Shown: piece by piece, positions 48,464-58,317 of the stretch
How the letters are laid out: each line of letters opens with the position of its first letter
Numbering within the stretch: the stretch's first letter is position 1
Source: a candidate division WOR-3 bacterium
GTDB taxonomy: Bacteria > Hydrothermota > Tepidihabitantia > Tepidihabitantales > Tepidihabitantaceae
NCBI GenBank assembly: GCA_965649205.1
Contig: CBFGJV010000004.1
Span: 1 to 64,000, forward strand
Direction: 5' to 3'
DNA: 64,000 nucleotides
Made by a program: the position numbers and the translations under genes
Notes under the pieces: model-generated
Database searches by the model: none
The model's input: the letters and a program-made list of their open reading frames with translations, nothing else
What the model was told of the DNA's origin: nothing

Positions 48464-49099
48464 ATGCCGCGGGCAGAACTTTCTCCGGCGCAGGCACTGC
48501 TGGCAGAGCTGACACAGGAGGAATTGCGTCGGTTGGCTCGGCAGAACGGAGTGACCCTGTCAGGCCGGCCGAGCCGAATTAACTTGCTAAGAAGCATCGT
48601 TGCCCATCTCAGTTTGGACGAACTTACAGATTCTCTGTGTCGTCTGTTCCCTGGCTCCGAGCCGGTCCCCGAAGGAATCATACGACTGGACCAGGTAAAT
48701 CGGCTCACAGGAGAAACGGCTGTGCATGCCTGCTCCTGTTCTCATCCCGGGCTGGGAAGACTACTACTGGAGTTGCGCGGTTCCTGTCTGGTTCTGCGCG
48801 TACCCAGTATTCCTCTTTTCTTGGAAAACCGTTGGCCGGTGCTGGTGCGTGACCTTGGAGAAGTAATCCTGAAACGACTCTATGCCGGATTTGTGCAGGC
48901 ACGGCGACTGCACCCGGCAGCCCAGGCTCCCCCTCCCAAGAATGCGCCCTACATTCTGGACGAAGGCTATTATGGTCTGCGCAACTCCCGATTGCGCGTA
49001 GAATTGAAACGTACGGGCGTAATTTCCTTCCAGGTGGTGTTCCTGCGCTGTCGCCGCCCGGCTAACCGACCCGAATATCTGCTCCTGCCTATAGCCTGA
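48464..49099 (+). CDS. hypothetical protein with N-terminal Rho-N/SAP-like helical motif
   Basis: LTQEELRRLARQNGV...SRINLLRSI; TTGACC-16-TATACT promoter 6 nt before the ATG. Confidence 0.6.
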   Translation: MPRAELSPAQALLAELTQEELRRLARQNGVTLSGRPSRINLLRSIVAHLSLDELTDSLCRLFPGSEPVPEGIIRLDQVNRLTGETAVHACSCSHPGLGRLLLELRGSCLVLRVPSIPLFLENRWPVLVRDLGEVILKRLYAGFVQARRLHPAAQAPPPKNAPYILDEGYYGLRNSRLRVELKRTGVISFQVVFLRCRRPANRPEYLLLPIA

Positions 49100-49124
49100 A
49101 GTAGATGCGTTCCTGCTTGCCTCT

Positions 49125-49922
49125 GTGATATTCTCGCTTCTGGTACTCGCTCTGGCGCCGGTAGGCGCCTTGTTCCTTTTCTTTTATCTTCGCGATCGCT
49201 ATCGTGAACCCCTGCCGCCGCTTCTGGCCACCTTTGCCCTCGGTGCCGGCTCGTTATTGCCCACAGTTGCCACCTCACTGGCCCTGCAGCGTCTGACCGG
49301 CCTATCCTCGCGTGCCAGCGGGTTGGGGGAACTCTTTCTCACCGCCCTTATCATCGTAGGAGTGGTAGAAGAAGGATACAAATTTCTGGTTGTACGTCTG
49401 TATTCCTACAACTTAAAGGAATTCGATGAACCCTACGACGGAATCATGTACTCAGCCACCGCAGCGCTGGGCTTTGCCAGTCTGGAGAATGTGCTGTATG
49501 TCCTGTCCGGCAGCCACGGCACCGCCATAGGCCGGGCACTGCTGGCTGTGCCCAGCCATGCCTTCTTTGGGGTGCTTATGGGGTTTTTCCTGGGAGAGGC
49601 AAAGTTTGCCGCCACTACCAGCCGTTCTATCCTGCTTAGTCTGCTCGGCCTGACTCTGGCGATACTTGCGCACACGGTTTATGACTTCATGGTATTTGCT
49701 CTGGCAAAGCGGCCGCTTATGTTTCTGGTGATACCCGTCTTCGTGGTTCTATCTTGGGTCATACTCTTTAGTGCCACAAAACGTCAAGCCAACCAGTCTC
49801 CGCAACGCCAGCCAGCGCTGGCAGCTCTAAAAAATGTCTACATCACACCGGAAGTCACCGAGGAAGAAAAGACGCCCCCCCCTGATTCCCAGTCTGGCCT
49901 GCCACCTTCAACGCTCCCATAG
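49125..49922 (+). CDS. PrsW family intramembrane protease
   Basis: RDRYREP, VEEGYK, FDEPYDG, GFASLEN, PSHA, HTVYD. Confidence 0.9.
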   Translation: MIFSLLVLALAPVGALFLFFYLRDRYREPLPPLLATFALGAGSLLPTVATSLALQRLTGLSSRASGLGELFLTALIIVGVVEEGYKFLVVRLYSYNLKEFDEPYDGIMYSATAALGFASLENVLYVLSGSHGTAIGRALLAVPSHAFFGVLMGFFLGEAKFAATTSRSILLSLLGLTLAILAHTVYDFMVFALAKRPLMFLVIPVFVVLSWVILFSATKRQANQSPQRQPALAALKNVYITPEVTEEEKTPPPDSQSGLPPSTLP

Positions 49923-51932
49923 TTTATCAATTTGGCTTCTGATATCCGAAGTGGCAGCGATATCATCATAGAGCGGCTCAGCCAGACCGTAGCGCACCGT
50001 CCGTTGTTCAAAGAACCGGACCGCTTCCGGTAGCAGAAAACGAGTAAGCTGGGCATAGAGGTGTCTGTCTCCCAACCCAAACCGACGGCTGTAATATCGC
50101 AGGGGAAAATAGACATACAATCTTTCCCTGGCGCGGGTAACGGCTACATAAAACAGGCGACGTTCCTCCTCTATGGAATCCTGGTCCTCGGTAGCCATAT
50201 CCGAAGGAATCATCCCATCGGCGGCATGAATAATATACACTATCTTCCATTCGCAGCCCTTGGCCGAGTGCATTGTAGAAAGTATAAGAAAATCCTCGTC
50301 CTTGCGGGGAGGGCCGGCCAGATCAGCAGTAGATTCTGGCGGGTCCAGCGCCAGGTCAGTGATGAAACTTTGCCTGCTCTTGTATCTCCGGGCAATGTGC
50401 TCCAGCTGCTCCAAGTCCCGAGCGCGCGATAGCGGATTGTCATACAGACGTTCCAGCAGCGGTTCATAATAACCGCGCAACATTTCCACCTGAGCCGCCA
50501 CCTGCATCTTCGTCGAATTCTCCCGCAGCTTTTCCAAAGTCTGCACTAATTCTACAAACTTGTCCTGGGCGGCTTTGGGCATTGAGAACGTCAGCAGAGA
50601 GCGGAAAACAAAACCAGACCGGGCGAGAAAATCAAACGCTTCCTGTGCTTTCTTCGGCCCCACGCCCTCCAGCATTTCCAGCACCCGAAACCAGCTGATG
50701 TCATCCCGGGGATTCTCCACAACCCTCAGCAGGGCCAACAGGTCCTTTACGTGTGCCGCTTCCACAAAACGTAGCCCTCCGTATTTGTGAAAAGGAATGC
50801 CCCGGCGGCTTAATTCCACCTCCAGCATGTCCGAATGGTGACCGGCTCGAAAAAGAACCGCCTGTTCGTGTAGGCTCACCCCCTCCTCCAAATGCTTCAG
50901 AATCGTATCTGCTACCTGCTGGACCTGCTCGGCTTCATCCCGGCAGACGGTCAATATCGGCCGTTGACTACTCTTCCGCTGCGACCAGAGGTTCTTGGTA
51001 TAGCGGAAGGAAGCGGGAGTCATGATAGCATTGGCTGCATCCAGAATCGGCTGTGTGGAGCGGTAATTCTCTTCCAGAGTTACTATCGTAGCATCGGGAA
51101 ACTGCTGAGGAAACTGCAGAATGTTACGGATAGTTGCACCGCGAAAAGCATAGATGGACTGAGCGTCATCACCTACTACGGTGATATTACGATTGTCCTG
51201 GCGCAATTTCTGCAGAATTTCGGCCTGAATAATGTTGGTGTCCTGGTACTCGTCTACCAGTACGTGTTCAAACATTCCGGACAGATACTGCTGCATTCGC
51301 TCTAGGTCCAGAAGATGTTTCCAGAATAAAAGCAGGTCGTCGTAGTCCAGAATCTGTCGTTCCTGCTTGCGTGTCGTGTAACGCCGGAATATCTCCTTGA
51401 GTCCCTGCTCGGCTGACACGCACCAGGGATACTCCTTTTCCAGCACCCTAGACAATGATTCGCCCGAATTGACTACTCGGGAGTATATGTCCCGGATAGT
51501 GGCCTTGCGGGGAAAACGTTTGTCTTTCGCCGCATATCCCAGTTCAGTTCTGATTACTCCCAGGATGTCTGCGGCATCGCTTTCGTCTGCCACGGTGAAC
51601 GAAGGAGACAGCCCTACCAGATGGCCGTACATGCGCAGCAGCCGGTTGGCTACCGCATGAAAAGTACCACCCCACACCCGGTGTACTGACTGCCGGGTGA
51701 GAGAATGCGCCCGGGTAAGCATTTCCTGCGCCGCCCTGCGGGTAAATGTAAGAAGCAGAATTCGTTCTGCCGGCACCCCCTGATGAATCAGCCAGGCCAC
51801 CCGATATGCCAGAGTTCTGGTCTTGCCCGTGCCCGCACCGGCGATGACCAGAAGCGGTCCGGCGCCGTGCGTAACCGCCTTCAGTTGTTGTGGGTTGAGT
51901 GCTTTCACCCAGCTGTCTGGCAGATCGCTCAT
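49908..51932 (-). CDS. UvrD/REP family ATP-dependent helicase
   Basis: IAGAGTGKT, LTFTRRAA, GTFH, VDEYQDTN, VGDDAQSIYAFRGA, ENYRS, TMHSAKG, EERRLFYVAVTRA. Confidence 0.95.
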   Translation of the reverse strand: MSDLPDSWVKALNPQQLKAVTHGAGPLLVIAGAGTGKTRTLAYRVAWLIHQGVPAERILLLTFTRRAAQEMLTRAHSLTRQSVHRVWGGTFHAVANRLLRMYGHLVGLSPSFTVADESDAADILGVIRTELGYAAKDKRFPRKATIRDIYSRVVNSGESLSRVLEKEYPWCVSAEQGLKEIFRRYTTRKQERQILDYDDLLLFWKHLLDLERMQQYLSGMFEHVLVDEYQDTNIIQAEILQKLRQDNRNITVVGDDAQSIYAFRGATIRNILQFPQQFPDATIVTLEENYRSTQPILDAANAIMTPASFRYTKNLWSQRKSSQRPILTVCRDEAEQVQQVADTILKHLEEGVSLHEQAVLFRAGHHSDMLEVELSRRGIPFHKYGGLRFVEAAHVKDLLALLRVVENPRDDISWFRVLEMLEGVGPKKAQEAFDFLARSGFVFRSLLTFSMPKAAQDKFVELVQTLEKLRENSTKMQVAAQVEMLRGYYEPLLERLYDNPLSRARDLEQLEHIARRYKSRQSFITDLALDPPESTADLAGPPRKDEDFLILSTMHSAKGCEWKIVYIIHAADGMIPSDMATEDQDSIEEERRLFYVAVTRARERLYVYFPLRYYSRRFGLGDRHLYAQLTRFLLPEAVRFFEQRTVRYGLAEPLYDDIAATSDIRSQIDKLWER

Positions 51933-52014
51933 AGACGATGATTATAACCGAATCTCTACCCCAGACCAGCTGTTATTACGAGCAATTCTTCAGGAAAATG
52001 CGTTCAAGTTTTGG

Positions 52015-52947
52015 CTAAGGTTGAAACAGCTCGGCGCTACGCAGTTCTGGCTCTGTCATGTCCTCCCGCCAGTAGAAATACTGATCGTTACCACTGGGGG
52101 CTTTCCGATTGGTAAGTACGCAGGGATTACCGCGTGCGTCCAAAGCGTGCACCACGACCATACCCAGAAACCCGCCTCTGAGTTGTGCCAGATCGCGTAT
52201 GGCTTCCTGACATGCTTCCTGCACAGACATACCGCATTTCATATATTGCACCACTGAGTGCGCCGTAGCGCAACGTATGGTCATTTCACCTACATTGGTA
52301 CAACCACAGGCTCCAAAACGCGAGTCGGCATACATCCCTGCGCCAATCACCGGAGAATCTCCCAGCCTGCCCGGATAACGGTTGGCCCAACCGGAAGTGC
52401 TGGCTCCGGCCGCCAGACTGCCTCGCTGGTCACGACAAAGGAATACCACCGTGCCCTTGGTGTCCAGGGTACGCGCCGCGGTCCAGGCGTATTCAGCCAG
52501 AGGAACCTCGCGTAGCCGAGGACGCACATCCGCGGGAATATATTTCTCTACCCATTGTTCATACTCCTTTCTGGCTTCCTCGGTAAGCATCTCGGCCCTC
52601 TCCGCTCCTATCTCGGTGGCAAACCTGTTTGCTCCTTCGCCCACCAGAAAAACATGGGGCAGCTTTTCCATCACTTTTCTTGCCACCGAAATAGCATGCA
52701 GAAAGCCAGTCAGGGCGCCGACTGCGCCGGCTTCACGGGTGTCACCATTCATGATAGCCGCATCGCTCTGCATCTGGCCCAGAAGATCAGGAGTTCCGCC
52801 CCGGCCCACAGAGCGTACGCTGGGGTCTGCCTCTGCTGGCATTATGCCCGTCTCTACCACATCCAGCGCCGACCTGCCAGCCCTGAGCGCTTCCTGGGCC
52901 TGCTTTACTCCGGGTCTCCCTTCATAGTTCACCAGAAATGCCATCAT
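52015..52947 (-). CDS. Ntn-hydrolase asparaginase_2 family (glycosylasparaginase / isoaspartyl peptidase-like)
   Basis: SVGRGG.P, DAAIM.G, HVFLVGEGA, KGTV nucleophile Thr, ASTSG, GRLGDSPVIGAG. Confidence 0.88.
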   Translation of the reverse strand: MMAFLVNYEGRPGVKQAQEALRAGRSALDVVETGIMPAEADPSVRSVGRGGTPDLLGQMQSDAAIMNGDTREAGAVGALTGFLHAISVARKVMEKLPHVFLVGEGANRFATEIGAERAEMLTEEARKEYEQWVEKYIPADVRPRLREVPLAEYAWTAARTLDTKGTVVFLCRDQRGSLAAGASTSGWANRYPGRLGDSPVIGAGMYADSRFGACGCTNVGEMTIRCATAHSVVQYMKCGMSVQEACQEAIRDLAQLRGGFLGMVVVHALDARGNPCVLTNRKAPSGNDQYFYWREDMTEPELRSAELFQP

Positions 52948-53006
52948 TATTCACAACCTCCAGAATCTGTTACTTTTCTAAAAAATGGTAGCTCGGCCCT
53001 TGTATA

Positions 53007-53444
53007 TTATTCCACGAATTTATCCACTCTCACCCAGGGGTCTATAAAACCGCGCTCATTGGCACCCCCGGGTTCGATATAGCAACGGCCTTCTTCTCTG
53101 GTTACTCGCAGTACCAGTCGGTGAGCACCAGGAATGAATTTCACCAGTACGGTGACCTCGTTGCCTTCTACCTTTTCTATAGTGTGATCAAGCAAGGCAA
53201 AACGGTTTATGTCGTAATCGTCAATACTCAGGCCGTTATCTCGCAGCCAGGCGGGAGAAATCAGGGTCTTCATTCCTGCCTGATTGTCGTCCTTCATTGC
53301 CAGAAGAAACTTCCGTACCGTGCGCACTTCTTCTGTTTCCCGTCCCTTACTGCCACAACCAGCCAGCATAGCCCCCAGCAAAACAACCCCAAGCCATACC
53401 GTAAGTTTCCATGTCCGGACTGCGTTCCCCTTTCGGTTTACCAT
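53007..53444 (-). CDS. hypothetical lipoprotein (paralogue of 53488..53931)
   Basis: Lipobox LAGC; shared LISP.WL..N...ID...YI.P...I.PW pattern. Confidence 0.7.
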   Translation of the reverse strand: MVNRKGNAVRTWKLTVWLGVVLLGAMLAGCGSKGRETEEVRTVRKFLLAMKDDNQAGMKTLISPAWLRDNGLSIDDYDINRFALLDHTIEKVEGNEVTVLVKFIPGAHRLVLRVTREEGRCYIEPGGANERGFIDPWVRVDKFVE

Positions 53445-53487
53445 ACAAAATCCCCTTCTCTGTCCGTTACGACTCTTGTCCTGCTGA

Positions 53488-53931
53488 CTATTCTTTTTTC
53501 GGTCCTTCTTCTGTCTTCTGCCAAGGCTGAATGACATTCCCCTCCAGCTTGGCAGGCAGGATATAAGGTTCATCATCTTCGATTACCACCCGAAACCACA
53601 AATAGCGGGTTGATCCATCCGGCATATGAAGCAAGACCTTCATATCTTTGCCGTCCTGCCCCACTATCTCATAATCCTCCGGGTAATACTGATTCACACT
53701 CACCGAATCAATGTTCACCTTGTTTTTTGCCAGCCAGGACGGAGAAATTAATTCCTTCAAATCGTCCTGATCGCCGTCCACCATGGCGTCCATAAAATCC
53801 TCCACCGCATACTCGGCATCTTCCGCCGGAGCGATTATCATCCGGTTAAAACAGGAGGCACAAACAACCGCCAGTCCCATAGCCATAAACAGCATCGTCA
53901 TTCTCAACTTCTTTTCTGTTACGCCCTGCAT
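53488..53931 (-). CDS. hypothetical lipoprotein
   Basis: AAGGAG RBS; hydrophobic leader ending CASC; acidic mature domain. Confidence 0.7.
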   Translation of the reverse strand: MQGVTEKKLRMTMLFMAMGLAVVCASCFNRMIIAPAEDAEYAVEDFMDAMVDGDQDDLKELISPSWLAKNKVNIDSVSVNQYYPEDYEIVGQDGKDMKVLLHMPDGSTRYLWFRVVIEDDEPYILPAKLEGNVIQPWQKTEEGPKKE

Positions 53932-53943
53932 GCTTACTCCTTT

Positions 53944-54492
53944 CTATTCTACTAGCAATAAGTTTACATAACGTGGCGACTCGCGCCTGTCTTTCACTAC
54001 TTCCAGCCTGATCCCGACATTGCGGCAAGTGGCATATACGTCTATACCGCATGCCTCCATCGCCGGCCGGGCCAGTTCAGGAAACTTGCATCTTTCTCCG
54101 GGCCGGCAGGTAGCACAGAACCGGCACGGTCCCGCGCCGAACCCGAAAGCCTTGTAATAACCATCAAGAAACGCAGTTCTTTCCAGCTGGGCCAGAAAAC
54201 GTTGCATGCTGTCTGCCGACAGACGGGCACCATTGTAGGCATATATAACCGCCCAGCGATACTCCTGCAACACCTGCCGAGTCTTTTCTGGGACAGGCGA
54301 AAACGGAGGACAACACAACCTCTTGTTGTAGCCCGAACATTCGTACTGACACTTAAGCCTTACCCACTCTGCTGTCACCACATTCCGTGCCGATATAATT
54401 CTGGCCTCATCGGCCCCCTGAGCCAGGACGAGCTGCTTATACTTTTGAAGTCTTGCTGGCGCCGGCACAGGCTGCAGTATATCATACTTCAT
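53944..54492 (-). CDS. DUF2284 predicted metal-binding protein
   Basis: WVRLKCQYEC..Y....CCPP, GAGPCRFCATC, ARPAMEACGIDVYAT; start uncertain. Confidence 0.85.
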   Translation of the reverse strand: MKYDILQPVPAPARLQKYKQLVLAQGADEARIISARNVVTAEWVRLKCQYECSGYNKRLCCPPFSPVPEKTRQVLQEYRWAVIYAYNGARLSADSMQRFLAQLERTAFLDGYYKAFGFGAGPCRFCATCRPGERCKFPELARPAMEACGIDVYATCRNVGIRLEVVKDRRESPRYVNLLLVE

Positions 54493-54795
54493 CCCCGGCG
54501 CAATAACCCGGCAACTGACCTCAGGAAAAACTCCCTCACCAGATTCGTCCCCGCACACCAAAGTTGGCTCACCTGTCCCCGGATTCACGATTTAGTTACC
54601 ATGTAATTCTGCAAACTAACTTGCAAAATCTCCGGCAACCGCATCTGCTAAGCTTCCGCCAAGCAAACTTCTTCCCCCATCGGCAATTCTCCCTTCAGAC
54701 AGACTGTCCTACCGCCAATGCTACGAAATCAGAAACAGTTGTTCTAACCGACGATAAAATAAAGAGATAAGCGCAATCCTTATCTACCTGCCCAG

Positions 54796-54820
54796 CCACT
54801 GGGGGAGTCGTTCCCCCCTC
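54796..54820. repeat. dispersed intergenic hairpin element, copy 2
   Basis: CCACTGGGGGAGTCGTTCCCCCCTC, identical to 19698-19722. Confidence 0.8.
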
Positions 54821-54886
54821 TGAGGGAGCAGCAGACCGCAAAACAGTCTTACCAGCAGGAACCGGGTATGGCCAGACAAGACACAG

Positions 54887-54920
54887 AAAAAGCGGCGGGG
54901 CGGCCCAAGCCGCCCCCGCC
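54887..54920 (-). terminator. intrinsic terminator after asnA
   Basis: GC-rich stem GGCGGGGGCGGC/GCCGCCCCGCC followed by GCTTTTT on the minus strand. Confidence 0.7.
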
Positions 54921-54938
54921 AACCTATCTATGCAGACG

Positions 54939-56213
54939 CTATTTAAGCACAAATATATTGTGCCGTTCGCAGATTTCGTGCAGCTGTTTGGGCCAGACCG
55001 TAACCGTAACTTCGCCAATGTGCGCCTTGCGCAGGAGCAACATCTGCAGTCTTCCCTGGCCGATACCGCCGCCAATGGACAGTGGTATTTCGTCGTTCAT
55101 TATCATTTTGTGATAGGGCAACTCCAGCCGGTCGAGCTGACCAGCCAGCTCTAGCTGCTTTACCAGCGTCTCTTTCGTTACGCGAATGCCCATAGAGGAA
55201 AGTTCGTGGCGCCGTTTGGTCAAATGATTCCAGACCAGAATGTCGCCGTTGAGACCGTGTGTATCCTTGCCGGTTTCCTTGGAGGTATCTGTCACCCAGT
55301 CGTCGTAATCTGCAGCCCGCATTTCGTGCGGGAAGCCGTCCTTGAGCACCCAGCCGATACCAATGATAAACACCGCCGGTGAGTAATCCTGCAATATTCT
55401 GGTCTCACGTTGCTTACGAGGCAGGTCCGGATAGCGATCCAAAATTTCTTCGGCGTGAATGAAAGTGATTTCCTTGGGCAGGTTGGGGTAGCGCGGGTCT
55501 TTGAGCTGAGGGTACAGCTCCTGTACAAATTCTTCGGCACCGGTAATTACCTTCCATATCTTCCGCACAATCATTTTCAAAAATTCCAGGTTCCGGTCCT
55601 CAGCAGTGATGACCCTTTCCCAATCCCACTGGTCCACATAGGAAGAATGGTCGTGGTCTAAGAAGTAGTCCTTGCGCACCGCCCGCATATCGGTATTGAT
55701 GCCTTCGCCCACCTGACAGCCGTACTGCTTCAAGGCCCAGCGCTTCCACTTGGTTGCGGCCTGTACTATCTGGGCATTGATGCGAGGAGAGATGCCCAGC
55801 CCGCAGGGAAATTCAACTGGCGTGCGCGACCCGTCGCGGTCCAAGTTGTCGTTCATACCGCTTTCCCGTTCCACAATCAGCGGCACCTGCACCATCTGGA
55901 GATTGAGTTCTTTGGCTAGATTGTCCTCCACGTAACGCTTGACGGCGTAGATGGCGCGCTGAGTTTCCTTGTTATCCAATATGGGACGATAATCAACCGG
56001 AAGCAGTTTTTCCACCTCTTCGTAAGTGGAAACGCCGGGACCGGCCAGGTCTGCGGCTTTACCCGTCTTGCCCGGCTTCGGCATGAATGTGGCGGTCTGC
56101 GGCTGGGTGTTGCGGGTTCTGGATACTGCCTTGCGCGCTTTGACTTTCTTTGTGGTCTTGGCCTTCAAACGCTTAGGGGCTTTCTTGCCTGCCTTCTTTT
56201 TTTTCGTTGCCAT
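54939..56213 (-). CDS. asnA: aspartate--ammonia ligase with Lys-rich N-terminal extension
   Basis: KWKRWAL, GINTDMRAVR, HSSYVDQWDWE, RAADYDDW, LNGDI, ELSSMGIRV, SIGGGIGQ; AAGGAG RBS. Confidence 0.92.
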   Translation of the reverse strand: MATKKKKAGKKAPKRLKAKTTKKVKARKAVSRTRNTQPQTATFMPKPGKTGKAADLAGPGVSTYEEVEKLLPVDYRPILDNKETQRAIYAVKRYVEDNLAKELNLQMVQVPLIVERESGMNDNLDRDGSRTPVEFPCGLGISPRINAQIVQAATKWKRWALKQYGCQVGEGINTDMRAVRKDYFLDHDHSSYVDQWDWERVITAEDRNLEFLKMIVRKIWKVITGAEEFVQELYPQLKDPRYPNLPKEITFIHAEEILDRYPDLPRKQRETRILQDYSPAVFIIGIGWVLKDGFPHEMRAADYDDWVTDTSKETGKDTHGLNGDILVWNHLTKRRHELSSMGIRVTKETLVKQLELAGQLDRLELPYHKMIMNDEIPLSIGGGIGQGRLQMLLLRKAHIGEVTVTVWPKQLHEICERHNIFVLK

Positions 56214-56371
56214 CGTGCTGACTCCTTTTTGAAAGTTGCTAGTTTGTTACGTCATCTCTACCGGGCAGAGAATACAAGGAGGTGTCAAGCTGTCAAGCCT
56301 GTCCGGAGGTCTTATTGACCGGCAGAGCAACTGAACTACAATCACGACCAGACTGTCAAACTGGAGGAAAA

Positions 56372-57700
56372 ATGACTCGTCTTTCTACCACCGAAGTGCT
56401 CAAGCTCGTAAAGAAGCGCCGCGTCAGATTCATACAGCTGTGGTTCACTGATGTGCTGGGTTTTCTCAAAGGTATCACCATACCTGCTCACGAATTGCCC
56501 CGCGCTTTTGACCACGGCATAGCTTTCGATGGTTCTTCCATCGAAGGTTTTGCGCGAATCGAGGAATCGGATATGGTTGTGGTGCCGGACGCTGCCACCT
56601 TTGCTGTGCTCCCTTGGGAAGTACAGAAGGAGAAGGCTGGCCGCATATTTGCCGATGTATTGACGCCATCGGGCAGACCGGTGAGTTCTGACCCGCGGCA
56701 TGTGTTGCGCCGGGTGGTGGAGCGATGTCGCCGGCTGGGCTATGTGCCTTATGCCGGTTGTGAGCTGGAATGTTTTTACTTCCAGAATCCATATCGACCG
56801 GAATTTGTTGACCATTCCGGCTATTTTGATCTCACGCCGGTTGCCACAGCCGAACGGGTAAGGCACGACACCGCCGTGGCTCTGGAAGCCCTGGGTGTGT
56901 CTGTAGAATACAGCCATCACGAAGTATCGCAGAGTCAACACGAAGTTGACCTACGTTATTGCGATGCACTCACCATGGCCGACAATGTGGTAACCGCCCG
57001 TTTTGTCGCCAAGCAGGTGGCCCAGGCTAACAATGTGCATATCAGCTTCATGCCCAAACCAGTTTTCGGCATCAACGGCTCTGGTATGCACGTCCATCTT
57101 TCCCTTTTCAGAAAGGGCCGGAATCAGTTTTTCGAAGCCGGCAAACCGTTTCTGCTTTCCGATACGGCGCGACATTTTATAGCCGGGCTGCTGAAATACG
57201 CGCGGGAGATGACCGCGATCACTAACCAGTGGGTGAACTCTTACAAACGGCTGGTACCGGGCTACGAAGCACCAGTGTATGTGTCTTGGGCGCAGATGAA
57301 CCGTTCTGCTCTGGTGCGGGTCCCAGCTTTTGACGCCCGCCGGCCCCAGGCCTGCAGGGCTGAATATCGCTCTCCTGACCCGGCGTGCAATCCCTATCTT
57401 GCTTTCGCCTGTCTTTTTGCCGCCGGATTGGAAGGTATAGAGCAGAAACTGAAGCTTGGCCCGCCCACTTCCGATAACATCTACCGGATGACAGAGGAAG
57501 AACGCAAGGCCGCAGGCATAGAGTCCCTTCCCTCCGACCTTTTCGGCGCGGTAAAGGAAGCCGAGTCCAGTCAGTTTGTGCGGGCCACTTTGGGCGATCA
57601 ACTCTTTGAGCACTTCATCCGCAATAAGAAACTAGAATGGGATGAATACAAATCGCAGGTCACAGAATATGAAATAAGGCGCTATCTGCCGATTCTTTAG
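56372..57700 (+). CDS. glnA: glutamine synthetase type I
   Basis: [69 protein letters not shown]. Confidence 0.95.
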   Translation: MTRLSTTEVLKLVKKRRVRFIQLWFTDVLGFLKGITIPAHELPRAFDHGIAFDGSSIEGFARIEESDMVVVPDAATFAVLPWEVQKEKAGRIFADVLTPSGRPVSSDPRHVLRRVVERCRRLGYVPYAGCELECFYFQNPYRPEFVDHSGYFDLTPVATAERVRHDTAVALEALGVSVEYSHHEVSQSQHEVDLRYCDALTMADNVVTARFVAKQVAQANNVHISFMPKPVFGINGSGMHVHLSLFRKGRNQFFEAGKPFLLSDTARHFIAGLLKYAREMTAITNQWVNSYKRLVPGYEAPVYVSWAQMNRSALVRVPAFDARRPQACRAEYRSPDPACNPYLAFACLFAAGLEGIEQKLKLGPPTSDNIYRMTEEERKAAGIESLPSDLFGAVKEAESSQFVRATLGDQLFEHFIRNKKLEWDEYKSQVTEYEIRRYLPIL

Positions 57701-57806
57701 CGCCCTTTGCGCGGAAAACTGGTCTAAGAACAGAATGAAGTTTCTGACGCTTGTCTGGATTGTTTTCCCACTCTGGACTCTAGATGCTAGATGTAGAAAG
57801 GAGAAT

Positions 57807-58301
57807 ATGTTGCCTCGTACACAGCTTGCCACCTTTGCCGCCGGCTGTTTCTGGGGCGTACAGGCGGAATTTGACCGCCTGCCCGGTGTCGTCGCCACGA
57901 CTGTTGGTTACACCGGAGGACACACGGAAAACCCCACTTACCGCCAGGTATGCTCTGATACCACCGGTCACGCAGAAGCAGTGCTGGTTGAGTATGACCC
58001 GCAGCAAGTAAGCTATGAGGAACTACTGGAGTTGTTCTGGCAGATACATGACCCTACTACACCGAATCAGCAGGGACCCGACGTCGGCAGTCAATACCGC
58101 TCCGCCATATTTTACCACTCCGAAGCGCAGAAAACGGCAGCGCTGGCTTCTCGCGCCAGGCTGGTAGCTTCGGGAAAGTTTAGGCGACCAATAGTTACAG
58201 AGATAGTGCCGGCTACCCGCTTCTGGCCGGCCGAAGCGTATCATCAGAAGTACTTTGCCCGACGCGGAGGCGGCTCCTGCCACTTGCGCGGCAAACAGTA
58301 A
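57807..58301 (+). CDS. msrA: peptide-methionine (S)-S-oxide reductase
   Basis: [46 protein letters not shown] before ATG 57807. Confidence 0.95.
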   Translation: MLPRTQLATFAAGCFWGVQAEFDRLPGVVATTVGYTGGHTENPTYRQVCSDTTGHAEAVLVEYDPQQVSYEELLELFWQIHDPTTPNQQGPDVGSQYRSAIFYHSEAQKTAALASRARLVASGKFRRPIVTEIVPATRFWPAEAYHQKYFARRGGGSCHLRGKQ

Positions 58302-58317
58302 CTAGCATAGCCTATTT

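Noticed and set aside
49908..49922. Convergent 3' overlaps (PrsW/helicase; also 5395-5444)
   Set aside because: Short tail-to-tail overlaps are ordinary in compact genomes.
19698..54820. The two 25-nt repeats as att sites or CRISPR repeats bounding a 35-kb island
   Set aside because: The enclosed DNA holds tRNAs and core genes (phoH, ybeY, recO), and there is no integrase, cas gene or spacer array.
42170..58301. Selenocysteine forms of MsrA or MsrB
   Set aside because: Both catalytic positions are Cys codons in uninterrupted frames.
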